From a virus (lineage: Duplodnaviria; Caudoviricetes), in IMG/VR virus record IMGVR_UViG_3300038679_000051, positions 64,001-128,000 of that record: a stretch of DNA of 64,000 nucleotides, one strand, 5' to 3'. The translations under genes were made by a program, and so were the position numbers. Below, in pieces: positions 1 to 10,388 of the stretch. The notes below the pieces were generated by a model. It saw only the letters and a list, made by a program, of their open reading frames with translations. It was not told the DNA's origin and did no database searches. Every line of letters starts with the position of its first letter. Position 1 is the first letter of the stretch.

Positions 1-205
1 TCATAGGGCAAATAGGTTCTTTCGGGTGGACAATTAATGTCATTTCTGGCGTAGGTTTCAATCTTATATGGAACATCTTCATTACCTTTAAGTAATGCGC
101 AAACCACTTTTTCGTTTGGTTTGAGTCGTAGGCTTAGGTTTATGCCGTGTGTTTCTTCAAGCCATTTAAAATCTTCGGGAGTTTCCAGTAAGGTCATTTT
201 CATGC

Positions 206-571
206 TCATTTCTCCTTTAATGCTCTGATGCATTTTTTCAAATCGAATACGTCATCGTCGCACATCCACATTCGTTTTACGCCGGGGGGCATTTCTGACA
301 AGTTTTCGGGCGAATCGTCGATCATTAGATCAATGCCCAATTCCGTGGCCACTCTCGATTTGAACGCTTGTGGCGTTTCGTCATTGTCGTTTGGCATGAT
401 TAATTCGGTATAAGATATGTTATAATCATTTAGGTCGATGATTGTAGCTTCGCGACCGTCCCTATACGTAATGATATAAATCTGATGTTTTTGGATCAAT
501 GCTTTGGTGATGATTGCAAAGAATTCCGGCATGGCAGTAATCGTATCGTCCAAATCAATGCCTATTTTCAT
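206..571 (-). CDS. HAD-superfamily hydrolase (nucleotidase/phosphatase-like)
   Basis: N-terminal IGIDLDDT (DxDxT motif I) and C-terminal LMIDDS motif. Confidence 0.7.
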   Translation of the reverse strand: MKIGIDLDDTITAMPEFFAIITKALIQKHQIYIITYRDGREATIIDLNDYNISYTELIMPNDNDETPQAFKSRVATELGIDLMIDDSPENLSEMPPGVKRMWMCDDDVFDLKKCIRALKEK

Positions 572-1460
572 TTTTATCCTCCGCCGCGACCTCAGTTTCT
601 CTAATCCAGACTACCCGTGGTTTGCCTTCATCGTCTCTGCGATATCGTTCATCACGTAATATGCGGAAATGCGCCCTTCGTAAATACCATGATGGCGATG
701 GTTTGAATTTATCGCCTAGTAGGATGCAACTAGGTTTCTCACCTAACTGCATCCGTTGTTTGTCTTTAAACGTTCGTAGATCCGGTTCTCTAACGTTTAA
801 GTAACATAACGTGCCCATGATTAGACGCATCAATGATGCCGATTGCTTTTTTTCTGCGTCGTTTAATGAGTGTCCAACTTTGAAGGCAGGCAATTCATTG
901 ATTACGTCGTCAATGGTCTTACCTTTCGTTTCGCGCAAATCAACGTTGCTCTGATATTTCTCAGGCGGTTGTCCATACATCATCCTGAAGGCATTGCTGA
1001 CATGATCAATGCCGCCGTCTATGACCATACCGGCACGATCCAATAATTTCATAATCGTATTGGTAGTAGCTTCATCTGGTCCGACCAATACCAATAGACT
1101 GGGCACGTCGCCAATCACGTTCGGCAATCTTGTGCCACGTTCGACGCACAATTCGAACAGATGAAACGGCAATCGTAGATTGTCCAAGCATATTTCATTC
1201 ATGTTAGTATTGACTATGGATTCAGCAAGATCCTTGGTGATGCACACAACTTTATGTGAAATGGCATAATGCATTGCTTCAATAACCACTCCGAAGATCG
1301 ATGGATCATGTGCCGATGAATCATGCAATTGTTTTGCGGCTTGTATTGACAGATCGAGCACGTCTTTGCTGGTGCGCATCTTCTGTAGTCCTGCTCCTTT
1401 GATTGCTTTCCTAGCTACGTAAATCTCGCCCATGAATGGTGGAAATCGTTCCATGTTCAT
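555..1460 (-). CDS. hypothetical phage protein
   Basis: 301-aa ORF with RBS; C-terminal LRRAHFR...VWIRETEV motif resembling phage proteins of unknown function. Confidence 0.6.
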   Translation of the reverse strand: MNMERFPPFMGEIYVARKAIKGAGLQKMRTSKDVLDLSIQAAKQLHDSSAHDPSIFGVVIEAMHYAISHKVVCITKDLAESIVNTNMNEICLDNLRLPFHLFELCVERGTRLPNVIGDVPSLLVLVGPDEATTNTIMKLLDRAGMVIDGGIDHVSNAFRMMYGQPPEKYQSNVDLRETKGKTIDDVINELPAFKVGHSLNDAEKKQSASLMRLIMGTLCYLNVREPDLRTFKDKQRMQLGEKPSCILLGDKFKPSPSWYLRRAHFRILRDERYRRDDEGKPRVVWIRETEVAAEDKNENRH

Positions 1461-1463
1461 CTC

Positions 1464-1907
1464 CTATGGTAAAAGGGTTGTATCGGCCAATTTATCACCT
1501 CTTCTAATAGATGCACGAAGTTCTGTGCTTCTAATGAAACGGTGAGTGTTATCATTTTGTCTTACTGCTGCCAGGCATATTTCTGGCGTCTGATCCTTGA
1601 CAAATTGTAGTGCCCAACCATCTTGTTGTACTGCGGCCATACACAATTCTGGCGTCTGCTCCTTAATGCAATTCAGTGCATAACCATCTTGTCTTACTGC
1701 TGCCATACAAATTGCGGGGAATTGTTTATCTATGTTATTGCATATGTAATATAAATCTATTTCATCGTTTAATAATTTTTCGACGATCTCATAATCCGTT
1801 GTACTGCGTTCCATATTATAACCGAAAGCGCCGACGGCGGCACCATGCTTTACAATCTGGATTACGTCTTGTAATTGTTCTTTAGTTATATCCATCAGCC
1901 AGTGCAT
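1464..1907 (-). CDS. DUF4116-like repeat protein with MHW leader
   Basis: MHWLMDITKEQLQDVI leader plus QTPE(L/I)CxAAVxQxG repeats. Confidence 0.75.
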   Translation of the reverse strand: MHWLMDITKEQLQDVIQIVKHGAAVGAFGYNMERSTTDYEIVEKLLNDEIDLYYICNNIDKQFPAICMAAVRQDGYALNCIKEQTPELCMAAVQQDGWALQFVKDQTPEICLAAVRQNDNTHRFIRSTELRASIRRGDKLADTTLLP

Positions 1908-1910
1908 TTT

Positions 1911-2663
1911 TTAACTCCTAGGCGGCACGTTCGCCGCCATATATTTAAGCGCTGGACCATATTGCTGCACCGCAGTTAAACATATTTCTGGCGTCTGTTC
2001 CTTGACATATTTAAGTGCCCCACCATCCTGTCGCACTGCTGTCATACATATTTCTGGTGTCTGATTCTTGACATATTCAAGCGCTCGACCATCTTGTTTT
2101 ATTGCTGCCATACATATCTCTGGCGTCTGACTCTTGACAAATTGCAGTGCCCAACCATTTTGTTGCACTGCTGCCATACACATTTCGGGTGTTTGCTCTC
2201 CGATGTATTTGAGTGCATGGCCTTGTTGTCTTATCGCTGCCATACGTATTTGTGCGCCATAGATGCCTTCTAATATCTGTCTTCTGACATCTTGGAGAGC
2301 ATAACCATTATCTTTTACTGCTGCCAGGCATATTTCTGGCGTCTGTTCTTTGACAAATTCAAGCGCATAGCCGTTCTGTTGTACTGCAGCCAGACATATT
2401 TCTGGTGTTTGTTCCTTGACAAGTCTGAGTGCATAACCATTTTGTTGCACGGCAGCCATGCAAATCGCTGGAAATTGTCTATTCATATGTCCCAAGATAA
2501 AATATAAATCTATCTTACCACATAACAATCTCTCAATTATGCCATGTTCCGATGTGTCTGTGATGACGGACCTATTTTCTGGAGACATAAGATCATAACC
2601 ATGCTTTGCAGTCTGGATTACGTCTTGTAATTGTTCTTTGGTTATATCCATCAGCCAATGCAT
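1911..2663 (-). CDS. DUF4116-like repeat protein with MHW leader
   Basis: Same leader; about 7 copies of the 24-aa repeat. Confidence 0.75.
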   Translation of the reverse strand: MHWLMDITKEQLQDVIQTAKHGYDLMSPENRSVITDTSEHGIIERLLCGKIDLYFILGHMNRQFPAICMAAVQQNGYALRLVKEQTPEICLAAVQQNGYALEFVKEQTPEICLAAVKDNGYALQDVRRQILEGIYGAQIRMAAIRQQGHALKYIGEQTPEMCMAAVQQNGWALQFVKSQTPEICMAAIKQDGRALEYVKNQTPEICMTAVRQDGGALKYVKEQTPEICLTAVQQYGPALKYMAANVPPRS

Positions 2664-3283
2664 TTTTTAACTCCCCACGTTTTGAATTCTTCTTTAAGAA
2701 CTGGATCTTTGATGTGTTTATATGTGCATGACATTGGGTGGCTTTGTTTCACTGCTGCCATACACATTTCTGGCGTTTGTTCCCTGACATACTTAAGTGC
2801 CCAACCATGTCGCTGTACTGCCACCATACATATTTCTAGCGTCTGTTCTTTGACATATCGAAGTACCCAACCATATTGTTTTACTGCTGTTATACATATC
2901 TCTGGCGTCTGATCCTTAACATATTGAAGTGCATGACCGTCTTGTTGTACTGCTGCCAGACATATCTCTGGTGTCTGTTCCTTAACATATTGAAGTGCAT
3001 GACCGTCTTGTTGTACTGCTGCCAGACATATCTCTGGCGTCTGTTTCTTGACACATTTAAGTGCTTTGCCGCTCACATCCTGTTTTACTGCTGCTATGCA
3101 GATTGCTGGAAATTGTTCATTCATGCTCTTACATACATAATGTAGATTTACCTCGTTGTTGAATAATTTCTCGATTATACGAACATCAGTAAGATTAGAG
3201 AGATTATGAGGCTTATAACTACGTTTCGCAGTCCGAATTACGTCTTGTAATTGTTCTTTGGTTATATCCATCAGCCAATGCAT
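2651..3283 (-). CDS. DUF4116-like repeat protein with MHW leader
   Basis: Same leader; about 6 repeats; its C-terminal codons contain the RBS and start of the next paralogue. Confidence 0.75.
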   Translation of the reverse strand: MHWLMDITKEQLQDVIRTAKRSYKPHNLSNLTDVRIIEKLFNNEVNLHYVCKSMNEQFPAICIAAVKQDVSGKALKCVKKQTPEICLAAVQQDGHALQYVKEQTPEICLAAVQQDGHALQYVKDQTPEICITAVKQYGWVLRYVKEQTLEICMVAVQRHGWALKYVREQTPEMCMAAVKQSHPMSCTYKHIKDPVLKEEFKTWGVKKCIG

Positions 3284-3328
3284 GAAATCACCCCAATTTG
3301 AGGATGCGTCGAACGGGCCGATTTCATA

Positions 3329-3619
3329 TTATGATTTTTTCTTAGTTGGTTTTCTCTTGGTTTTTCGTTTAGTTTGTGCGGATCGCATCATGGCCGTATC
3401 ATATCCGGCCATGATGGCATTGGCAAACCAACCAATCATCAATCCGCGCTGGTCCTGCACTATGCCTTCCTTAGTGAAGACGCTAAATCTTTTGCAGAAT
3501 TCCGAAGTCCATTTCTGTGCATCCAACGTGTGCGGCCAACGTTGTTTCTCCGTTTCGATCATCACTTTTATCCACCCATCTGGACCACATTGCTTTTTGC
3601 GCTGCCGTTGCTTTTTCAT
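3329..3619 (-). CDS. hypothetical protein bracketed by a direct repeat
   Basis: 96-aa ORF between repeats at 3294-3320 and 3635-3661. Confidence 0.55.
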   Translation of the reverse strand: MKKQRQRKKQCGPDGWIKVMIETEKQRWPHTLDAQKWTSEFCKRFSVFTKEGIVQDQRGLMIGWFANAIMAGYDTAMMRSAQTKRKTKRKPTKKKS

Positions 3620-3631
3620 GTCTTGTTCCTT

Positions 3632-3922
3632 TCACAATTTGAGGATGCGTCGGGTGGGCCGGCGTTTGTCTTGTTTTACTTTTGTCCGTTTTGCCAATTC
3701 AGCCTCATAAATATGAAGATTAAGATGTCGTGCCGCCTCCTTCCCAATGACAAAGGTTTCGTCATATCAATGATCATCTGGGAATGAGCCGCCACCGGAT
3801 CTCAACGTAATTCCGGCGACGGCTCTTTTCCTAATCATCCTTATTGTATTGATTAAGTGCTGATCACTCATTTCTGAGATTTTTATGATCGTCCCATCTC
3901 TCGTCTCGTGCTCATATTCCAT
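3632..3922 (-). pseudogene. hypothetical gene with an internal in-frame TGA
   Basis: ATG at 3922 (MEYEHETRDG...GGGSFPDDH), TGA at 3769-3767, same frame continues (YDETFVIGKEAARHLNL...RRILKL) to TGA at 3634-3632. Confidence 0.5.
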
Positions 3923-3939
3923 GTCGACGATCCTTTGAA

Positions 3940-4413
3940 TTATTTTAACGTAATGACGTCGTCCGACACCGTAATTCTGCGTCCTTTCACCAAGCGCATC
4001 AACGTATAATGAAAAGCCTCCATTTCATTGCGGCCTTTTGCCCAACGACCGGCGACCAATGACACTGGAACGGTGTTAGTTCCGTCTTGCATGCTACGCG
4101 AGATGACCTTGAATAACCTATCCTTGTCTGATACGGTTTGACTCTGAATCTTGCGACTCTTGCGGCCCCTGCGGCCCCTGCGGCCCCTGCCGTTCTCGCT
4201 CTTGCTTTTGTTCTTACCTCGTGTCCGTCTGGTCTGGCGCATTTCATCAACGTCGATGTTGATGTTGAGACTTGCCGCAATTTCATTGATTTCATTGAGA
4301 GCAGCGACATGTTTGCTCCGTTCGAGTTTCAGATCTTCCAGATTTTTCTTCAATTCAGCGATCATTTGCTTGTGCATCGTTCTTCTCCCTATCTTGGGCG
4401 TCTCGCGCCACAT
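3940..4413 (-). CDS. hypothetical basic protein
   Basis: Coiled-coil N-terminus and an Arg/Gly-rich tract (GRRGRRGRK). Confidence 0.55.
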   Translation of the reverse strand: MWRETPKIGRRTMHKQMIAELKKNLEDLKLERSKHVAALNEINEIAASLNINIDVDEMRQTRRTRGKNKSKSENGRGRRGRRGRKSRKIQSQTVSDKDRLFKVISRSMQDGTNTVPVSLVAGRWAKGRNEMEAFHYTLMRLVKGRRITVSDDVITLK

Positions 4414-4437
4414 TTTGTGCGTTGAACGTCCACACGC

Positions 4438-4674
4438 TCAACGTTGTCGGCTTTTCTTTCGCGCCACATTTTGTTCAATGTCATCGATTAATGCATCCAT
4501 GCGCCTACATATTTGGCCATAATGAACTTTCATCCATTTTTTATCCAATTTCAGTGCATTTATCTGGCGTTTCGCATTCGCACTCTTAGGTAATTGATCG
4601 TAATTTACGAACGCATGTGATTCACGCGAAATGAGTCTAGCCCAAGCATCATATTTAGGTGATTTCATCTCCAT
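4438..4674 (-). CDS. hypothetical protein
   Basis: ORF with RBS, co-oriented with neighbours. Confidence 0.5.
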   Translation of the reverse strand: MEMKSPKYDAWARLISRESHAFVNYDQLPKSANAKRQINALKLDKKWMKVHYGQICRRMDALIDDIEQNVARKKSRQR

Positions 4675-4709
4675 ACCTCGTTTTTAACGACATGGGTTGA
4701 ATTCGTAAA

Positions 4710-5195
4710 TCATTTTCTCTTTTTGATTTTTATTGCGGTCCATCTACCATCGACATACTTAAACGGTCGATCGTGCCGTTCAGTGGTTACTGTGATCGTT
4801 GCATCTTCACATTTTGCCGAAATGCCGTCGATTTTTTCTACGCTGATGTTCTGCACTGCGAGCAATTCTTTTACTTGGTCTGGAAGCTTCTCGAACGTGA
4901 TCTCACCCATGGTCATCATCTCCCTTATCAAAATGTAATTGTTGATTTTAAGGTGCCGTTTCATCCAAACGTGCCTGATGTCAAAGAAATCAGTGGCCAT
5001 CTTAGCGTAGGCAATGCGTTCCGATTCATCCGAATGTTTAATTGATCGTCTACAAAACAATGCGCGTTCCTCAGCCATGTCCGCAAGATGTAAAATTATG
5101 TCATTGGCCTCGACCAATTTGTTTGATTTAAATAGATCCAATGCCGTGCGATGCATTAATGTCACGTCTTTCGTCCATACGTCCATCATGTTCAT
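4710..5195 (-). CDS. hypothetical protein
   Basis: ORF with an AGGAG RBS. Confidence 0.55.
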   Translation of the reverse strand: MNMMDVWTKDVTLMHRTALDLFKSNKLVEANDIILHLADMAEERALFCRRSIKHSDESERIAYAKMATDFFDIRHVWMKRHLKINNYILIREMMTMGEITFEKLPDQVKELLAVQNISVEKIDGISAKCEDATITVTTERHDRPFKYVDGRWTAIKIKKRK

Positions 5196-5257
5196 TGTTG
5201 ATTCTCCTAGGTTACGTTTATTAATACGTCTACATCAATCACTAAAAACAGAAAACG

Positions 5258-5860
5258 TCAAACTTTTTTCCGTCTTGTGTCACACACCTCAACTGTGACA
5301 TCGCCATGCTGCATGGTGACGACGCTGCCATGATCACCGATCATACATGAGTATTGACCGGGATGTCGTTTAGACAACAGATAAATCATGGCTTGATCCG
5401 GATGCATGCTGTCATTATGATTCTTATCAGAAATGAACATAAACTGTTTTGACGACGGAAAGATGTCAAGATATGTAATGTAATCGTCGTCGGTTTTGAA
5501 GATGATGCTGTGCAAATCGTCTGCCGACCAAATGCGATGCGACCCTAGTTTAAGTCCAATGCCAGTGCCCTCAAAATAGGTATTTAATATGAATTTTGTA
5601 AATCCGTCAAACGTATCAACGTCTTCGGCAACAATTTTGTTGAATTTTATCTTTTTGAGGTATTTCTCAAATGCATCACAATGTTTCATGTCTCGTGGTC
5701 GTGGTTTAATTATCTTCATAAGTAATGCATTTCTCCCCGCGTCTCTCAATGCGACGCATTTCGTCGCATATGTCCAAGGCCCTGTCGGCGGCGTCCAGAT
5801 AATCATAACCTTCAGCGATGGCCATGTCAAGTACTTTTCGTTGCAATGCTCTTTTAGCAT
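5258..5860 (-). CDS. hypothetical protein
   Basis: 200-aa co-oriented ORF. Confidence 0.5.
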   Translation of the reverse strand: MLKEHCNEKYLTWPSLKVMIIWTPPTGPWTYATKCVALRDAGRNALLMKIIKPRPRDMKHCDAFEKYLKKIKFNKIVAEDVDTFDGFTKFILNTYFEGTGIGLKLGSHRIWSADDLHSIIFKTDDDYITYLDIFPSSKQFMFISDKNHNDSMHPDQAMIYLLSKRHPGQYSCMIGDHGSVVTMQHGDVTVEVCDTRRKKV

Positions 5861-6024
5861 GCTCTGAAAGCTTCATCCAATTCATGTGGATGTCTAAAAA
5901 TTTGTACATCTTCCTTTCTCTCTCTTTTGGGTCCGTTATGGCAGATGCCTGAATTTCATCTGGATCATATTCCATTTATTATCTCCTTTCAGTTGTTCTT
6001 GCACCGTCTTAGAAGGTGGTTCAT

Positions 6025-6645
6025 CTAGGTCATCTTCTTTTTGATGGCTAATTGTTCACGTAATTGTTCCAATCGCAATAAGAAAATCAGACACGCACGG
6101 ACCATCATGTCCTGACCTCTGACTGTATTGTTTGCTTCATGATATGCTGCTGCATAACTACAGACGGCATATACTTCATCTTTCCCGTATGAATACAGTT
6201 CGTTGAGACGTGTCATGATCTGACTTCTTCGTCGATTCCAGATTTTCAGATTTTCGTATGGCGATTTGCGTGCACACAGAACGTATTCGAAAATTACCAG
6301 CCCCATTAATCTTCTGTCGGTCATCGTCGCTTGATATTTTTCATAATCAAACCAATGGTCTTCTATTGGATCTTTGATAACGACGCCGACTTCCCTTTCT
6401 TTGATTTCACACATCCAATCTGGATGATACGGTTCCGGTGCATCATATGCGACCGTATTTTGTTTCAGTCCGTCATACCACTCTTTGGTTGCATATTCAT
6501 GATTGAATCGACATTCGAAACAATAACATTGTCCTCTGATTCCAAACAAGGGATTGTCTGCCTGTGGCGTACCATATTCTCCAACGTAGATGCCACATTT
6601 GGTGCAATGCGTCGTCCGTTTGGCCATTCTATCGGATCTCGACAT
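6025..6645 (-). CDS. hypothetical protein with N-terminal Zn-finger-like CxxC pairs
   Basis: CTKC...CYCFEC. Confidence 0.5.
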   Translation of the reverse strand: MSRSDRMAKRTTHCTKCGIYVGEYGTPQADNPLFGIRGQCYCFECRFNHEYATKEWYDGLKQNTVAYDAPEPYHPDWMCEIKEREVGVVIKDPIEDHWFDYEKYQATMTDRRLMGLVIFEYVLCARKSPYENLKIWNRRRSQIMTRLNELYSYGKDEVYAVCSYAAAYHEANNTVRGQDMMVRACLIFLLRLEQLREQLAIKKKMT

Positions 6646-6814
6646 TTTTCACACCCTCAATCAGTTTTAGAGTCAATTCTACGCCGGACACGCGGATTTG
6701 TAACATGTCTGCCCTCCGACGTTCTCTTGGATTAGTGGAGAATTTTAGCTTCATTATTTCCGATTGCATTCGTCGTCGCACTGCGTTGATTGCGCTGATG
6801 ATTCTAGGATTCAT
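6629..6814 (-). CDS. hypothetical protein
   Basis: ATGA coupling to the upstream gene. Confidence 0.45.
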   Translation of the reverse strand: MNPRIISAINAVRRRMQSEIMKLKFSTNPRERRRADMLQIRVSGVELTLKLIEGVKNVEIR

Positions 6815-7377
6815 TGGGATTTCCTTTCTAGGAATTCCTTCTGGAGTCTTTTTCTGAGTTCAACGTCTTTGACATGATTGATTGCCGATCTGCCATGTCG
6901 TTTTACTGCTTCTCTGCACAATTCGGGTGTTTGTTTGATGAATTGCATCGCCCAATCACCGTCCGGACCTTCTATGGCCAATTTACACAATTCTGGCGTC
7001 TTCCTCTTCTCCTCTAAGTATGCTATCGCACCACCATTCTGTGTTATGGCCGCCCTATAGAGTTCAGGCGTCAGGTATCGCCGATGCACATTGCTTAATG
7101 CCATTCCATTTTGTTTTACTGCCATCATGCATAATTCTGGCGTCTGCTTCGGGACATATTTTATGTGTTGACCATCGGTCATAATTGCTGCCATACACAA
7201 TGCTGGAAATCGTTGACCTGGTCTTAAATTATCTATTAAAATATTCCAATTAATCTCGTCCTTAAGCAACATTTCTACTAAAACCGCATCGTCCATGTTC
7301 TCATACTCCTTATTTTTCTTTAATACTCGGAGTATGTCTTGTAACTGTTTCTTGGTCACTTCCATCATCCAATGCAT
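6811..7377 (-). CDS. divergent DUF4116-like repeat protein with MHW leader
   Basis: MHWMMEVTKKQLQDIL leader and TPELCxxAV repeats. Confidence 0.7.
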   Translation of the reverse strand: MHWMMEVTKKQLQDILRVLKKNKEYENMDDAVLVEMLLKDEINWNILIDNLRPGQRFPALCMAAIMTDGQHIKYVPKQTPELCMMAVKQNGMALSNVHRRYLTPELYRAAITQNGGAIAYLEEKRKTPELCKLAIEGPDGDWAMQFIKQTPELCREAVKRHGRSAINHVKDVELRKRLQKEFLERKSQ

Positions 7378-7715
7378 TATTGTTCACTTTTTTCGTCTTT
7401 AGCATAGGCGTAATTTTTGCGAAGTTCAGCTATTATTTTATTATTTTCGATGGTTATCTGATCTACATATCGTGCGATTGCCGACGCCAATCGTACCGGT
7501 TTCAGTCTTTCAAGTGGGATGGATTCACGATCGAAATTGCCGCTGATGTCGAGTGTATGGTCGGTTATCGTAATAACGACTACGTGACGCCAATTCATTT
7601 TGATGGTGCACTGTGATTTCGAGACGTCTATGTCAAATGGGGTTTTGGCTTTCAATAAGATTTCTGATTTTAACACTTCCAATAATGCATTTGGTTGTTC
7701 AGGTTCATTTGACAT
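7377..7715 (-). CDS. hypothetical protein
   Basis: TAATG coupling to the next gene; RBS. Confidence 0.5.
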   Translation of the reverse strand: MSNEPEQPNALLEVLKSEILLKAKTPFDIDVSKSQCTIKMNWRHVVVITITDHTLDISGNFDRESIPLERLKPVRLASAIARYVDQITIENNKIIAELRKNYAYAKDEKSEQ

Positions 7716-7725
7716 CTTTCCCTCC

Positions 7726-8259
7726 TTATTCTTTGCATTCTACGTAACCTTTTGATTGCCATCGTAACATCAGTTTGTTCAAATGTTTCTCATTTCTGAT
7801 TGAGTATTTCTGTCCGCCTTTCACTCTCTTGTGTTCTCTGATGGCTGTCAGGGCAGCGTCTTCCTCCTCTGCGGTCATAGTAGAGAATATGATGAATTTA
7901 CTGTCGTTTATCAATGCGATGTGATTGGTGATGCCGCCCATTTGTCCGGATTTCAACCAATGTCTGTAATTCGTCACTTTGACGGTCGGCACCTGAAAGA
8001 TGCGGGTATAATGCATCTTACGAGTCTTGTCTCTGTCTCTGATATACACCCATGGCAGATTGATCCTATCTACGACAAATATGTCATCACCCTGGCCGTC
8101 GACTTCCGATATGGTCACTAACATGTATCGTTCAAGATTTGTCTTCATTTTTGCATCCTTTATCAAAGAGTGCATTGAATGAACTGAATATTTTGAGGCA
8201 TTCCTCACTCGCTTCAATTCGTTCAATGGCGAGTTCCTTCGTGCGTTCAATGCTGGCAT
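7726..8259 (-). CDS. hypothetical protein
   Basis: Co-oriented ORF; true start may be internal. Confidence 0.45.
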   Translation of the reverse strand: MPALNARRNSPLNELKRVRNASKYSVHSMHSLIKDAKMKTNLERYMLVTISEVDGQGDDIFVVDRINLPWVYIRDRDKTRKMHYTRIFQVPTVKVTNYRHWLKSGQMGGITNHIALINDSKFIIFSTMTAEEEDAALTAIREHKRVKGGQKYSIRNEKHLNKLMLRWQSKGYVECKE

Positions 8260-9166
8260 CCATGCGTTTCAGTTCATCTTGGCGTTTAATCAATGTGTCA
8301 GCCTGTGCTTCTGATTGTGTCAGGCATTCAGCTAAATCCGCCTCCTGCGGTTTAATCACTTCTTCTACCCACAACCCCCACAACCGTTTCATTTCATCTT
8401 CACAAGCCGTTTCCCAGTCTTGTCCACTTAAGATGATTTCTTTGGTCAGTAAATTTCGACCATATTTCAATTCGGTTTCAGTCGGGAGCTTCAGACTGTA
8501 ATCGGTCTCTCTTACTTTGTCCGGCACTTCTGGCGACCACCTATAAATCATTGGTCTGCTTGATACTTCCGCCGCTGGAAAGACCTTCTTGGGTAATGAA
8601 TAAGTACCAATTTCATCTTTATGACGCAGTTTGCAGCGTTCGCTCCAACAGAATTCTTCCCATGATAGGGGTCGCCAACAAGCATGTAATTTGAATTCCT
8701 CGAACTCCAATCCAGTTGCCTTGCGCAGACCTTCAAGTCCGAACATTGCATTGCCGACCCCAGTTTGGTCGTTCGCACCGACAAGATGTTTGGCACCGTA
8801 TGCCCAACCGATGAACGTCCAAAACCTTGCTTTGAACGTTTCCCATTTCTGACGTGATGGACTATGTGCATTACGCCATTCGGCCAGCGATGCGTCGTTT
8901 TCGTGTACGCATTTGAATTCCAATCCGATCTCTTTGTGGATGAACTTTCGATAGAACTTGCTGATGAAATCCAATCGTTTACAGTCTCTCTCATTTGGTC
9001 CGACGACGTTTAGCTCAAGACCGTTGTAATGTGCCGCCTGGTAGAATTGTAAAAATCTTGATAAGGTTTTCGGCGAGATGATTTCCTCATAATTCAATCC
9101 AGCATATGCCATTGCACCGGATTGCCAAGCCATGATCGTGTCATGTGTGTTGCTAAACGTTGGCAT
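8132..9166 (-). CDS. hypothetical protein
   Basis: 344-aa ORF overlapping the end of the sigma-like gene. Confidence 0.55.
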   Translation of the reverse strand: MPTFSNTHDTIMAWQSGAMAYAGLNYEEIISPKTLSRFLQFYQAAHYNGLELNVVGPNERDCKRLDFISKFYRKFIHKEIGLEFKCVHENDASLAEWRNAHSPSRQKWETFKARFWTFIGWAYGAKHLVGANDQTGVGNAMFGLEGLRKATGLEFEEFKLHACWRPLSWEEFCWSERCKLRHKDEIGTYSLPKKVFPAAEVSSRPMIYRWSPEVPDKVRETDYSLKLPTETELKYGRNLLTKEIILSGQDWETACEDEMKRLWGLWVEEVIKPQEADLAECLTQSEAQADTLIKRQDELKRMDASIERTKELAIERIEASEECLKIFSSFNALFDKGCKNEDKS

Positions 9167-10250
9167 CAGACCTCCTTTCCAACTCTGCCGTCACTCTTGC
9201 CATTATGGTGCCACGCAATTCGTTCTTTAATCGTAATCGTCGGTCGTTGGCCTCGGCTTGTTCTTTTGACAATTCATCGGACTGTTCACCGGCCATGATT
9301 CTGGCCTCATTCATCATGTCTTTTTTATTCTTTTTCTTTCGTTCAATGCGTTGCCGTTTGTGCTCACTGACTTTTTGCGTCGTATCGAGAATTTTGTCCA
9401 CCACGTCTCTGCCAAGCACGCGGTCCACGTCCTCGCGTGGGTATTCCTCAAGAATGATGGTTATGGCACGACCTTTCAATTTGTCAATCGTCATGTGGAT
9501 CATCTGTCGGCTGACTTTACGATTTCTGGCGATGTCGACCGGTTGCAACCCAGTCAGTAAGTCGTTTACGATCTCTTTCTGGTCTGGACTTTTGGCAGAT
9601 TCATGCATTGCTTCAAAGAGACGTTTAGTCATTGCTTTCAACTCTTCCGGCATTCCCTTATCCACAAGATCAAGCTTGTACTGATCATCTTTATCCTTGT
9701 CGAGCGGATCAATCTGTACCATCATTGGGGGCAATTTATGTTTGAGATTGTAATCACAAGATGGACATTTTACCGTACCGTCTGCATTTGGGATGGCAGC
9801 CATTCCGACGTTGTGATTTTCACAATTTGGATTGGTACAGAACCATCGTTTCTTCAATGGGACTCTCATCAAGCTGCGATGATATTTTGCCCGTTGACAG
9901 ATTTGACGGACCCATCTCCTACTGAATCCCTCCATTGTAATTGTCGGCATCCACTTGTCGGTTAAGGCGGCACGCCACAATGCATATATGGCATTGGCTT
10001 TCATCTCTTCGAAGGAGATTTTGGGATTGGAATATCTCCTTGATTCGCGTTCGATCATGCTCATGCACAACTTGATGCGTTCTTCCATTTCATCGTCTGG
10101 CACCAGTCGGATCGTCCTGATACCCTCTGCTTGGAGACGTTTCGATTCGTCTTCGGTCAGCAATCGTCCGGCTTCATCCATATATTGTGGATTGATTGGT
10201 TTTTCCGTCAACGTATTTCTTCGTGTGGTCATCCCGACTTCCTCTTGCAT
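9153..10250 (-). CDS. sigma-70-like transcription factor with a Zn-ribbon insertion
   Basis: Region-2-like MIERESRRY...ISFEEMKANAIYALWRAA; CTNPNC...CPSC insert; region-4 HTH QPVDIARNRKVSRQMIHMTIDKLK. Confidence 0.6.
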   Translation of the reverse strand: MQEEVGMTTRRNTLTEKPINPQYMDEAGRLLTEDESKRLQAEGIRTIRLVPDDEMEERIKLCMSMIERESRRYSNPKISFEEMKANAIYALWRAALTDKWMPTITMEGFSRRWVRQICQRAKYHRSLMRVPLKKRWFCTNPNCENHNVGMAAIPNADGTVKCPSCDYNLKHKLPPMMVQIDPLDKDKDDQYKLDLVDKGMPEELKAMTKRLFEAMHESAKSPDQKEIVNDLLTGLQPVDIARNRKVSRQMIHMTIDKLKGRAITIILEEYPREDVDRVLGRDVVDKILDTTQKVSEHKRQRIERKKKNKKDMMNEARIMAGEQSDELSKEQAEANDRRLRLKNELRGTIMARVTAELERRSDANV

Positions 10251-10330
10251 TTGTAACCCTCCATTCTCACATTACGTCATTTCCTTTTATCAATGTTTTC
10301 ACATTTGTCAATTCTTGACAAATAAACGAC

Positions 10331-10363
10331 AGCAACGCGAGGGAGAATCCCCCTCGCGTTGCT
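10331..10363 (-). terminator. 13-bp perfect hairpin, terminator-like
   Basis: AGCAACGCGAGGG-7 nt-CCCTCGCGTTGCT just downstream of the 10389 stop. Confidence 0.55.
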
Positions 10364-10388
10364 ACCCCCCCCTGCTATTTTATTTATG

